A DNA stretch of 64,000 bases, taken from the NCBI GenBank assembly GCA_964016885.1, contig OZ024760.1, positions 16,430,001 through 16,494,000 of the forward strand, read 5' to 3'. Positions 37,203 to 50,283 of this stretch are shown here, one piece after another. Made by a program: the position numbers and the translations under genes. Each line of letters begins with the position of its first letter. The first letter of the stretch is position 1. The DNA is from Eledone cirrhosa (taxonomy: Eukaryota). The notes beneath the pieces were generated by a model. That model was given only the letters and a program-made list of their open reading frames with translations, ran no database searches and was not told where the DNA came from.

Positions 37203-39361
37203 TTAATAAATCTTTCTTCAATGTACTGCTAATTCTCCCACAGATTAAAGGCCTAATGGTTACGGTGTTAGACATAATGTCATTGGTTCGATTCCTGGAC
37301 AAGGTGCTGCCTTGTGTTCTTGAACAAAACATTTATTTCGCGTTGTTCTAGTACACTCAGTTGAAAGTCACTACCAGCAGTAGCTGGGGAGTTAAACCTG
37401 CAATAGACCGACGTCCTTTCCAGGGGAAGTCTTGTACTCTCAGTCACTTCACCCCAAGGAAACCAGGGATAAGCAACGACCTGATGGGCCTTCGGTTCGG
37501 TCTAGAACACACACAGATTCAGCTTTAAGGGATAGCTCAACAGAACAGAGGAGTTCCCAAGCCACATCAGTTTTAAACTCCTCCGTAATGGCTTGAAGGA
37601 GACTGGTAAACAGAGGTGGGCTGATGACTGATCCTTACTTGTTGTGCTCTGCACAACCCTCACAACCTATTTGTCTACATTATTTACAAAGCATGCTTTG
37701 ATGTATAGAGTTACGGCCCTTGCCATTCTGAGTTCAAATCCCGCCAAGGTTAACTTTGCCTTTCATCCTTACGGGGTCGATAAAATAAAGTACCAGTAAT
37801 GCACTGGGTATTTGCTGGCCTTGTGCCTAACGTAGAAACAATTATTTACAAAGCATGTAAATAAATTTACAGTAGAATAACATAGCAAATATGTTTTAAA
37901 TATATACATAAATAACATTACAAATGCTTAGATAACATTATAAATTGCTCGCGATTCTTTCAGAAGGATATATTCTTTTAATGTTGCAATATTAAAGAAA
38001 ATGTAAAGGAAGGGGTGAACAACCGAGACAGCACCAGAGCAAAAGACAGCAGCGTTGCCTCGGGTGATGGCGAGGCTAATGCGCTCGAACCGAGGTTGAC
38101 TTTGCCTTTCATCCTTACGGGGTCGATAAAATAAAGTACCAGTAATGCACTGGATAATTGCTGGCCTTGTGCCTAAAGTAGAAACAATTATTTCTCATGG
38201 CATATTCTCGGGTCCTCAATAAGAGGGTGGACTTGGAACAAGCGGAGGTGGTGGTGGAAAATCGGTAAAAGTTGTCTCCGTTGATTAAAAAAAACAAAAA
38301 AACAGAATTAGTTGTTTAGTTTACATATTGAAACCCCTAACCACCCTTTCTATTTTATAACTTATGGGATTTCAGCTAGTGTGTGTTAAGGCACGTCGTT
38401 TAGTTTAGCGTGAGTTCGATTCCAGGACCGTATTTGTATATACATGTATGTGTGTATGAATATATGCATATACATGTATGTATGTGTCTATGTATATATA
38501 TAATGTTAGTGTTGTTGGATCTCCGTCGTTTCCGACGACGAGTGAAATTCACGTGTAACTGACAGCATTCCACAGACACGCGTACTTTTAACACACATAC
38601 ATATACATACATACACATACATAAAAGGAGCATGCGAAGTGAATCCTCTGATCGAGCGTGATATTTTCATTTTCTTATTTCAGACACAACCTCCCCCCAC
38701 AAATATTCATAACACCCCAACAAAATCGATATTTTACGAAAGATAAACAATAATAGGACCTGTGTTTTATGATTGGTTTCTCCCTTCAGATAATAAATAT
38801 TGTGTATTAGACTTTCAGGAAACTAGTAGTGGTTGGTTCGTGTCAGGATAACATAGTTAATAAATGACATTAGTAAATTTATAATTATAGATTGGGGTTT
38901 CGCAACGAGAGAGCCAGGGAAAGGCGAGTTTTAAGGTTTTTACAAGCAAGATTCCTCTTTAAACAAGTCTATATATAATATTCAATGAGCACATGTTTAT
39001 CTGAGACACCGGTTAAAAACATTTTAAGCAGAGCTACCTGACATTTAGATATTTATTTTCGTATGATTTTAAAAAAGATTTCAAATTAATTTATTTTACT
39101 TTTAATCGAAGTTTTCTCTCTTTTTTTTTTTTCTTTTACATATACACAGGTTCGATTTAAGGAGACAAAAATAGAAATTTATCAAAAAGTATTTCTGACT
39201 TAAGAATAATTATATAGTTATAGGAAAAGTGAGAAATCAAAAATCAATTAATTGATAAAAAATAGAATATATTTCAAATTGTTTGATTCTATCATTAGTT
39301 TTTATAAAAATTAACAAAAATTTGAAAGTGATTAAAAAACCCCCATCATTAGTAGAAATAA

Positions 39362-39493
39362 CAGTGGTAGTGGTTGTGGTAGTAATGGTGGTGGTGGTAG
39401 TAGTAGTAGTGGTAATGGTGGTGGTGGTGGTAGCAGTAGTAGTAGTGGTGGTAGTAGTAGTAGTGGTAATGGTGGTGGTAGAAGTAGTAGTAA

Positions 39494-39525
<32 letters not shown>

Positions 39526-40588
39526 ATGGTGGTAGTGGTAGTAGTAGTAGTAGTAGTAGTAGTAATGGTAGTAGTACTAGTAGTGGTGGTGGTAGTAATG
39601 GTGTAGGTAGTGGTAGTAGTATCTGTGTTGGTAGTGGTAGTAGTAGTGGTGGAGGTGGTAGTAGTAAAGGTGGTGATGGTAGTAGTAGTGGTCATCGTGG
39701 TAGAAGTAGTAGTAGTAATAGTGGTAGTAGTAGCGGTGGTGGTAGTGGTAGTAATAGCGGTGGTGGTAGTATTAGTAATGGTAATAGTAGAGGTGGTGGT
39801 AGTGGTACCACCAGCAGCATGAATAGCAATAGTGTAAAAAAAACATCATCATCACCATGAACAATCAAAACAGTTGTTGTTGTAGTTAAAGAACTCATTG
39901 TTGTTTAAAGAACTTCATTGATTCAAGAGAATCAGGCTTTGTTGATTTAATGGAATCTAAAGACTTGAAAATGGAGAAAGGTGGATTTTAATATCATCAC
40001 CACCATCACCAACACCACCACCACTAACACCAACAGCACCACTAGCAGCAACACCAACAGCAACATCAACACCTCCAAAACACCATCACCACCACCACCA
40101 ACACCAACACCTCCAAAACACCATCACCACCACCACTAACACCAACAGCACCACCTCCAAAACACCATCACCACCACCACCACCACTAACATCAACACCT
40201 CCAAAACACCACCACCACCACCACTAACATCAAGAGCATCACCAACATACCACCAGTATCAATGCCAACAGCATCATCAACATCAACACCACCTCTACTA
40301 CTTCCTGCACTACAACTACTACTAACACCACTACAACTACCCCCAACACCACTATAACTACCACCAACACTACAACCAACACCACTACAACTACCACCAC
40401 CCCCACTACAACTACCACCAACACTACAACTACCACCACCCCTACTACAACTACCACCAACACCACAACTACTACCACCACCACCACTACAACTACCACC
40501 AACACCACAACTACTACCACCACCACCACTACAACTACCACCACTACAACTACCACCACCACCACTACAACCACCACCACCACTACAA
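39362..40588. repeat. (GTA/GTG)n tract (39362-39810) and (CAC/TAC/AAC)n tract (39995-40588)
   Basis: Direct inspection. Confidence 0.9.
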
Positions 40589-41338
40589 CGAGTGTAATAA
40601 GGATGTAGAGGAATTTTTACTCGACTTTTCGTATCGAACAAAGTTAAGAAAAATTGATGGAAAAAGTTAATTTGAAGTACAGCAGCAGCAGCAGTACTAA
40701 CAAAACGATGACGATGATGATGATGATGATGATAATTGTGACTGAATAGCAAACTTTACCACATATATTAAAGGAACCCACCACACACAGAAAATGCAAG
40801 ATCGGGGGTTCGAATTCAAAACTTACTACTACTACTACTAATGTGACCTAAATTAGTTTAAGGTTTAAGGGATAACCAAACACAACTTATTAAAATACGC
40901 TTTTACCCCAATCATAATTTAATTAAGAAAATATTTTGGAAATAACAATACTGTACATATATATATATATGTGTATGTATATATTTGGGGTGAAATTTTT
41001 AATTACAAATGCTTAGATAACATAAATTGTTCGCGATTCTTCGAGCAGGATATAATCTTTTAATGTTGCAATATTAAATGTAAAGGAAGGGGTGAACAAC
41101 CGAGCAAAAGACAGCAGCGAGAGAGGCATTCAATACTTCACATCCCCTTAACTGTATCTTGTGGGAGTTTGTTGTTTATTTTTACCCCCAAATAGCAAAT
41201 TAAAAATCTTATATAATATATATATATGATATAATATACAGATATATATATATACATTTTTCTTTTTATATAACGTTGAATGAGTTGGGGTGTATAACCT
41301 AACGAAACTTAAGTACCTGTATATATCACTGTTGTAGC

Positions 41339-41410
<72 letters not shown>

Positions 41411-41535
41411 TATATATAAGTAGAAGGAGTATTAATTTGCTGAAAGTCCGACAAATATAAATTATATATATATATAATCATTTTATTAAGTCCAAACCTC
41501 GGTATTGAGTACTCTCACCCATCAACCACATACGG

Positions 41536-41580
<45 letters not shown>

Positions 41581-42280
41581 TGATCGAGTATCGAAAAATC
41601 GGCGCACGAGTTCACGATAAACAAAATTGGAAATGAGCGTCCACACATACATACACGGTCATCTTAAACTTGATCTAAATAGTTATAGTGCAGTGATGAA
41701 GTTTGATCCGATGGTATGTGATGTGCGTGTGTGTCTGTCTGCTAGAATAACTTTGTCAAAGTTATATAAACTGGAAAAATTACGGCTTTATTTTTGCTTC
41801 TGGTTGTGGAATTACCTTAAAAAGTTGACCAGTTTGGATTTGATAAACTTTTAAAATTTAAACATTCACAAAATAAAAAAAAAAAGAAGTAAAATATGAT
41901 TCATCATCGTTCCTCTACCCGAAATATAAGTCAAAGAACAAAATTATATTAATTTAAATAATTAAATGCTTATAAAATTAAAATGGATTTTTAATAAACG
42001 ATAAATAAAAGTTATATTTATTATAACACAAAACGAAAATTAATTGTTGAAGAAAAAAAAAAAATCTTCGTTTGATAATAAACCCGACCAACTTCGAAAT
42101 ACTTAATAAGTATAAAAAAAAAATTAAGAAAAAAGGGGAAAAGAACTTTAATTCCTCTTCCGGTTTATTTGTAAACTTTGAGGAGTTCGGTAACTCCCTA
42201 ACGCTTTCCCCATTTCATTTTACCCGATTAACAAAAAAAGACGAAAAAAACCCTCTTCAAACTTTAACCAACCGGTTATC

Positions 42281-42316
42281 ATGTGGTTAGAACTTCTGCC
42301 CAACGTTAAGATATGA
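42281..42316 (+). promoter_or_regulatory. Out-of-frame uORF overlapping the Smoothened start codon
   Basis: ATG at 42281 gives [11 protein letters not shown]. Its TGA (42314-42316) overlaps both Smo ATGs (ATGATG at 42313-42318). Confidence 0.5.
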
Positions 42317-42765
42317 TGAATAAGTTGATAGTTTTCGAAGTTATATTTCTTTCGTGTATGGTAGTTTCTTTGATTAACCCCACTTCTGTCGCACCTGCTT
42401 GCAAGTTGCACGTCAACTCGTGCGAACCTTTGAAAAGCAACGTTTGTTTGGGGGCCCAGGTAGATTTTACACACACTTCCACCGTATTTCTGGGCGACGG
42501 CGTCACACAAGAAGACATCCAACAGAAGTTAAAACTATGGAAAGGACTGCAGAACTTCCACAAATGTTGGTCAGTGGTGCAACATCTCTTGTGTTCTGTC
42601 TATCTACCGAAATGCAATCCGAAAACGGCTGAAGTTGAATATCCGAGTCGAGAATGGTGCCAAAGTGCCGAAAAACAATGTAGAGTTGTGGAAACGTTTA
42701 ACCAGAAGCAGGGCTGGCCATCTTTTCTAAGATGTAATGCCAGTCATTTTAAGGAATCGTGTAAA
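42313..42765 (+). CDS. SMO: Smoothened exon 1 (signal peptide and CRD)
   Basis: [11 protein letters not shown]...[27 protein letters not shown]...GWPSFLRC...CK|gtaagt. Confidence 0.96.
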
Positions 42766-45213
42766 GTAAGTTTGTTTATATTTTATTGTTCTGCATAGTT
42801 GTACAAGTATTGGAAAGTTTCACTTACTTATCTGCCTACCTAAATTTCTATCTGTTTGTTTGTCTACCCATCCATCCATCCATCTATCTATTTATCTTGT
42901 CTAAAATCCCGGCATGTCTTTGTATTGTCCCCTTTTCTTGTGCGCCCTTGTGGCTAATAAAGAAATATATCTATATATCTTGTCTGTCTATCTATATATA
43001 TCTATCTGCCTATCTATCTATCTATCTATTGTTATTGCCTCCTCCTTATTGAGGACGCCTTTTTGTGTAAACTCCCCCCTTGTACTTGTCCCACTTTTGA
43101 TGCCCTGGTGGCAAATAAAAGAAACATATCTATCTATCTATCTATCTATCTGGCAGTTAGTCAATCTATCTATCTATTTGTCTATCAGTCAGTCAATATG
43201 TATCTATTTATCTATCTGCCTTTCTGTGTGTGTGTGTGTGTGTGTGTTTGCCTCAGTGTGTGTCTGTGTATCTGCTTCTGTGTGTGTTTGTGTACATCAA
43301 CCCACCCCTCACATTATACCACACACATAACTATGTGTGTGTGTGGTATCCCAGATGACAAAGATATGTCTATCTTATCTGTGAGATATTGCTATACCCC
43401 AGTGATATCTATGAAGGAAGAAGACACCCAGTTAAACACTACATACAGTTTGTTACGTTATCATCGACAGGATGCTTGTTGTTGTTGTTGATGATGTTAG
43501 AACAATTGTTTACTGTTTTCTCTGAATATATCTTGTTGGTGTGGATTGGCAGAATTGGTAGAGCGTCAGACACCATGCTTTGCAGTATGGAGTTATAGCC
43601 CTTTACGATCTGAGTTCAAATCCCGCCGAGGTTAACTTTGCCTTTCATCCTTACAGGGTCGATAAAATAAAGTACCAGTAATGCACTGGAGTCGATTGCT
43701 GGCCTTGTGCCAAATGTAGAAACAATTGTATCTTGTTGGTGTTGGCTTGCCATGTACCACCAACCTACTGATGTTGGTGTAGTACCTGCAGTCAGGGCCT
43801 CCCAATTTTGCAAGGTGGTACAAGATTCCTTTGGGGCCTGAAGCAGGCAAAGATTTTTCTCAAAATGGATGTTACATGGTTGCTCTGGGGCTTTCTTAGC
43901 TCTTGGGTCCCAGAACAAAGTACTGGCTGGAGTCCCCTCCCCTCTCATATGCCCTGGATTTGAACTGAGAACGTAAAGAGCCATAACTCTATGCCGACGT
44001 TCTAATGGTTTCTATTTAGGCACAAGGCTGGCAATTTTGGGTGAGATGTCTGAATGTCACTCTGTAATTGTTGTAATGTTATTGTTGTAATGTTATTGTT
44101 GCAATGTTGTTATTGTTGCAATGTTGTTATTGTTGTAATGTTGTTATTGTTGCAATGTTGTTATTGTTGCAATGTTGTTATTGTTGCAATGTTGTTATTG
44201 TTGTAATGTTGTTATTGTTGTAATGTTGTTATTGTTGCAATGTTGTTATTGTTGCAATGTTGTTATTGTTGTAATGTTGTTATTGTTGCAATGTTGTTAT
44301 TGTTGCAATGTTGTTATTGTTGCAATGTTGTTATTGTTGCAATGTTGTTATTGTTGTAATGTTGTTATTGTTGCAATGTTGTTATTGTTGTAATGTTATT
44401 GTTGCAATGTTGTTATTGTTGCAATGTTGTTATTGTTGCAATGTTGTTATTGTTGCAATGTTGTTATTGTTGCAATGTTGTTATTGTTGTAATGTTGTTA
44501 TTGTTGCAATGTTGTTATTGTTGCAATGTTGTTATTGTTGCAATGTTGTTATTGTTGCAATGTTGTTATTGTTGCAATGTTGTTATTGTTGCAATGTTGT
44601 TATTGTTGCAATGTTGTTATTGTTGTAATGTTGTTATTGTTGCAATGTTGTTATTGTTGCAATGTTGTTGTTATTGCTACAATGTTGCTGTTGTTATTGT
44701 AATTTTACTGTTATAGTTGTAATGTTGTTGTTGTTATAGTTGTTGTTAATATATCTTTTTTCCAGAACACTGGTTACCAGAAAGTGAGCTTCAACAGTAC
44801 TGGGGAGTGTAGCTGGCCCCTGGTGCCGACCAATAACTCAGCCAGTTGGTATGGTGATATGGAAGGATGTGGTCTCCAGTGTAAGAACCCCCTCTATACA
44901 GATCAACAACATTATGAGGTCCACGTGTTTATTGCCATCTTGGGGACTCTTTCTCTATTGTCTTCCTTGTTTACTGTGGTGAGTCGTTGTATTTACATAT
45001 TTACTTACTACTACTACTACTACTACTACTGCTGCTGCTTCTACTACTACTACTGTTACTACTATTACCACTACTAACTATACTACTACTACTGTCCCTT
45101 TCCTGTTGAGCCACCTACTCCAAACTACAATTATATACAACCCATGTTAGCATGGAAAGTGGACGTTAAATGATTATATGTATATATGTATATATATATA
45201 TATATATATGTAT

Positions 45214-45247
<34 letters not shown>

Positions 45248-47170
45248 GTGTGTTAAGTATTTCTGTGGAAAAGGTAAAGGAAAGCAGAGTGCTCTATGTA
45301 TTGTACAGAGCTATTTAATTATGTAATATAACAACCCAATATAAATATTCCATTACTCAAGGTTTCACGAAGTTAGACGATTGTAACAGAAACGCCTGAT
45401 ATCGTCCATCAGAAGGAATCTTGGTTATGACATCAAAGATCAAAGGATACGGGAAACCACGTGTCTGTACGGAAATCGGAAATTTTCCGGAAAATAATTA
45501 AAATTGTAATCGCTTTATTAAATTTTTAATAACGATATCAGGCGTTTCTTGGGTAATGGAATAATTATATCGTGTTGTTTATTATATAATTATATATATA
45601 TATAGCAGTGATTCTTCCTCTATATCTCCCTATAACTTCCTCCTTCTATTGCTCTCTCTCTCTTTTTCTCTTTCTCTGTCTCCCCCTCTATCCCTTCCCT
45701 TCTCTCTCTGTCTCCCTCTATATGCCTCCCTCTCTCTCAAATAGTCATCATCATTGTCATCACCACAGTTTTTCCATGTTTGATGAGTTGGATGGGTTCT
45801 TTTCCAGCACAGCATCCTTCCACTCATTGCATTCCTTTGTCACCTCCTCTTTGAACTTCAGCAACGTGGGATCAGCTCCCACAATTTCTGCCCAAATCTT
45901 CCTTGGTCACCAACTACTGTAGTTTCCTTCCACTGAAATTTCTTGGCACTTCACCCAATAATCACCATCCATACACCTCACATGTCCATATCAGCTCAGC
46001 CCTCTATCCTGCACACTACATCTGATTCCTCTTATACCCAGTTTTTCCTTTCAGTTCATCCATGCTTCATTGTTCACACATATTAACCCTTTAGCATTTA
46101 AACTGGCCATATCCGGCCAGAATTATCTCACCCCTTTCTGTTCAAACTGGCCATAACTGACTGCTCATAGTAATGTTAAGGTATTGTTCTCAAAATGAAT
46201 AATATCAAAATCTCATAGATTCAATATTATGTGAGATAATCATAAGATAAAGCCTTTACAACAAAAATACAATAGTATATATAGGCATCTCTAACAAAAT
46301 ACACCCCGTCCCACCACCACCACCCCCACCCCATCCACACCACCCCGTTCTATGTAAAGTTATGTTGGTGCCGCGCCATCCAGGCCGAAACAAATGAGAT
46401 CGTGTAGGTGTCACGACAAAAAACACACAGTCCACGCTGTAATGTGGCCGTGTAGGCAACACGGTAAAAACCTCCCAGACCCACACTGTAAATGTGGTTG
46501 GTGTTAGGAAGGGCATCCAACTGTAGAAAACCTGCCAGACAGTCCTATGCGAGCAAGACAATCACTCTTGCCTCAAGTGGGACTACCCCCGTCCAAACCT
46601 ATGCAAGCGTGGAACACGGACGTTAAACGTTGATGATGATGATGATGATGATAGTAATGTAAATGCTAAAGGGTTAACATCACTCTTCTATTTCTTCTTT
46701 CATTCAGCTGACCTTCTTGATTGACTGGAAGAATGCCAGTCGCTATCCTGCCCTCATCCTGTTTTTCATCAACATTTGTTTCGTAATGGGCAGTATTGGA
46801 TGGTTGGCCCAGTTTGCAGGAAATGCTCGAGAGGATATTGTATGTAATGCAGACAAAACAGTACGGATAGGAGAACCACAACCAGGGTATGTTATCATTA
46901 TTATACAGTTTCTTGTTTATTCCAATCTTGGCTGTGATATGTTTATGCTGGGGACCCAGCCCTGGCTGTTTCGGATCTAGCTGTCGAAAGCGGCTGGAGT
47001 TCAGCCGTCAGGGTCCTGAATCTTTTCATATATATATGAATCTTTTCATATATATATATGAATCTTTTCATATATATATATATATATATATTCATATATA
47101 TATATATATAGAAGATCCTGTTAAGGGTGAAAGCAGCGATTCTTTGCTTAAACTTTAATCTGTTATTTTA

Positions 47171-47264
<94 letters not shown>

Positions 47265-47403
47265 AAAGTAGCATAGAAAATATTTTTTAGGTTCTGTTTT
47301 TTTTTTTCCGTTCATTGATTCATCAAAGTGACATTATTGAAAAAATGAGAGGGACAATTCCTTCAAAAAAGAGTTTTATAATGTATTTAAAGTATAACCG
47401 GTT

Positions 47404-47460
<57 letters not shown>

Positions 47461-49867
47461 CTAATACTGTTATTGTCATTTTGTTATTATTTTCCAGTTC
47501 TGGTGAAAGTGCCTCTTGCAGTATCATATTTCTTCTCATTTACTATTTCACAATGGCTGGTGTGGTTTGGTTTGTCATGCTTTCCTATGCCTGGCACACA
47601 ACATTTAAAGCTCTTGGTACACCCCGTGATATACTGAGTGGGAAAACTGCATATTTTCACATCATCTCATGGTGTGTTCCCCTGGTACTTTCTATTACTT
47701 GTCTCGCATCTTCTGAAGTAAGTCTGGCTGTTGTTTGATATGTTTTTTTGACTGTTTTTTTATGGTTGGTGGTTTTTATGCAATAGCATAAAATACTCTG
47801 AGACTTTTTTCTTTGGGGTTGGGTAAAGGAGCAAGTCTACTCTACCAAACAAGAAGGATGGGAAACTGTGTTAAACTTGAGGCGGATTATTTCAAAGGGA
47901 AAAACTTGTAGTTTGCATTTGAAATATTTTTTTTTTGCGACCTCAGTCCTGTTTCTTTTTTGACACAACTCATATACATTCACTGAAACCTGTAATATTA
48001 CAATATTAGGGATTATATACCCTGTGAAATGTGAGATGTTACATTACTAGGGGTTACTTACTAGAAAAAGTTTGCTTTAGCATTTATATTACTCTATATA
48101 TACTATTGTATTTTCACGGTAAAGACTTTACCTCACATAATTATCTCACATAATATAGAATTTATGAGATTTTGATATTTTTTTATTTTAAGAACAATTC
48201 CTTAACATCAGTATGAGTGGCCAGTTACAGCTGATTTGAACAGAAAGAGGCAAGAGAATTCTGGTTGGATATGGCCGGTTTAAATGCTAAAGGGTTAAAT
48301 CTTATATATAACTCTTGAGATGCTGTAATGACTTAGCAAATGTATCCCTGCCTATTGAAAGAAGCAACTTAACCATTTAACATTTCCATTACTCTATATA
48401 TACTATTGTATTTTCACGGTAAAATCTTTACCTCACATAATTATCTCACATGCTGGAGTCATGATAAAATGCATTCAGTCTATTCTGTAAGACATAGTAG
48501 AATGTTCCTAATGTTTGTTGTAATGTGAGTAGCATTAGAAAGGGCATCCACGAGCGAAATATAGTAGACGGAAGCTGTATAGAAGTCCGTTTAATGTGTA
48601 CATGTGTAGTTTGTACAAATTGGCAATGGATGGCAGCAGATTGTGTAAACAGCAAATGGAATATCATGTAGTTTGGTTCATTTACAAGTTACCTCCCTTT
48701 ATTCTCAGTTCATAAAGGGATCTAACCCGTGTTTAATTGCTTATCAAAACAAACAGCAACAATTTCTTCTCACCTCCCTCGATACATACACTTCCAAACT
48801 ATTATTAGTTATCTATTAACAATTATCATTGATTGATTTTTTAAAGACTTTAAAACTTTGATTTTACAGATAGATGGTGACTATATATCTGGTATATGTT
48901 TTGTTGGCTACGTCAACCATGGTGTACGTGCAGGGTTTGTTCTCGTACCAGTTGGTATAGTTCTTATTTTAGGACTCAACTTTATGGTCAGAAGTAAGTC
49001 TTTTACCATTTTATATTTTATAATAGTCAATCCCATCAATTTAACATAGAAAAAATAGTTTTAAAAATGTTTCAACTTTGCCTTCCATCCATTCAGTGTC
49101 TAAAAAAGTACCATACTAAAAGAAAGTATCAGTCAAATACTGGGGTCGATTCTTTCCCTATATCTCTTTCTCATTTCCATTCTCTCACTCCCTCTATCTT
49201 TCTCTGGAAGAAATCTGCTATATTCAGACCTCAAGAGGATTGAACTCTAGAAATGCTGTATATATATAGGGTTCCCCTACAACTCCCTCAGAAGTTACAA
49301 GTCCATGCTTAATTAGCATAAAGAATTGGACAGCAGCCATTACTGATAGAAAACTGTGTCTTTATTTCTAGGTCTGTATAATAAAGGGACACTATAGAAT
49401 ATTGGTGCGAAGCTGTACCTTTATTTCTAGGTCTGTGTTCATTAAGCCTTTAGCATTTACATTATCCTATGTTTACTATTATATTTTCATGGTAAAGGCT
49501 TTATCTCACATAACATCGAATCTATGAGATTTTGATATTATTTATTTTGAGAACAATACCTTAACATCAGTATGAGTTGCCAGTTATGGTGGCTGGTTTG
49601 AACAGAAAGAGGTGAGAGAATTTTGACTGGAGACAGCTGGTTTAAATGCTAAAGGGTTAAGGGGTTATTATAGTATATTGGTGAAACTTGTACCTCTATA
49701 TCTAGATCTGTGTATATAAGGGGACACTAAGATACATTTGGTGACAAATTGTACCTTTATTTCCAGGTCTGTGTACGTTAATTGGTGTCAAGAAGGAGAC
49801 ACCAGACTTTATTGGTGACAAAGCCACTGCCAAAATTCAGGAGACTATCATCAGAATTGGTCAGTAT

Positions 49868-49949
<82 letters not shown>

Positions 49950-50235
49950 GAGACATTACAAAACAATAATTTTACTTCACTATACACCACTTTAGCTTGT
50001 GTCAGACGCTGTGACACACACACTACACACATATATATTTGTCTGCTGGGCACACAAGAAGGAGGACGTGTGTTTTGCCAGCAGCATATCACAAAATCGA
50101 ATTTTCATCTGGAGATACCGTTCTCATAACAACAACAAATGCATAAATTACATCATGGATTGCATAAGGGAACCGTTGAAATAATTATTATGAATAAACG
50201 ATTTGTGTAACATCACCATCTTTCTTAATATTATT

Positions 50236-50283
<48 letters not shown>

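Noticed and set aside
39237-40752. Poly-Thr/Val/Gly ORFs as a mucin-like gene
   Set aside because: Pure trinucleotide repeat. The flanking unique sequence has stops in the relevant frames.
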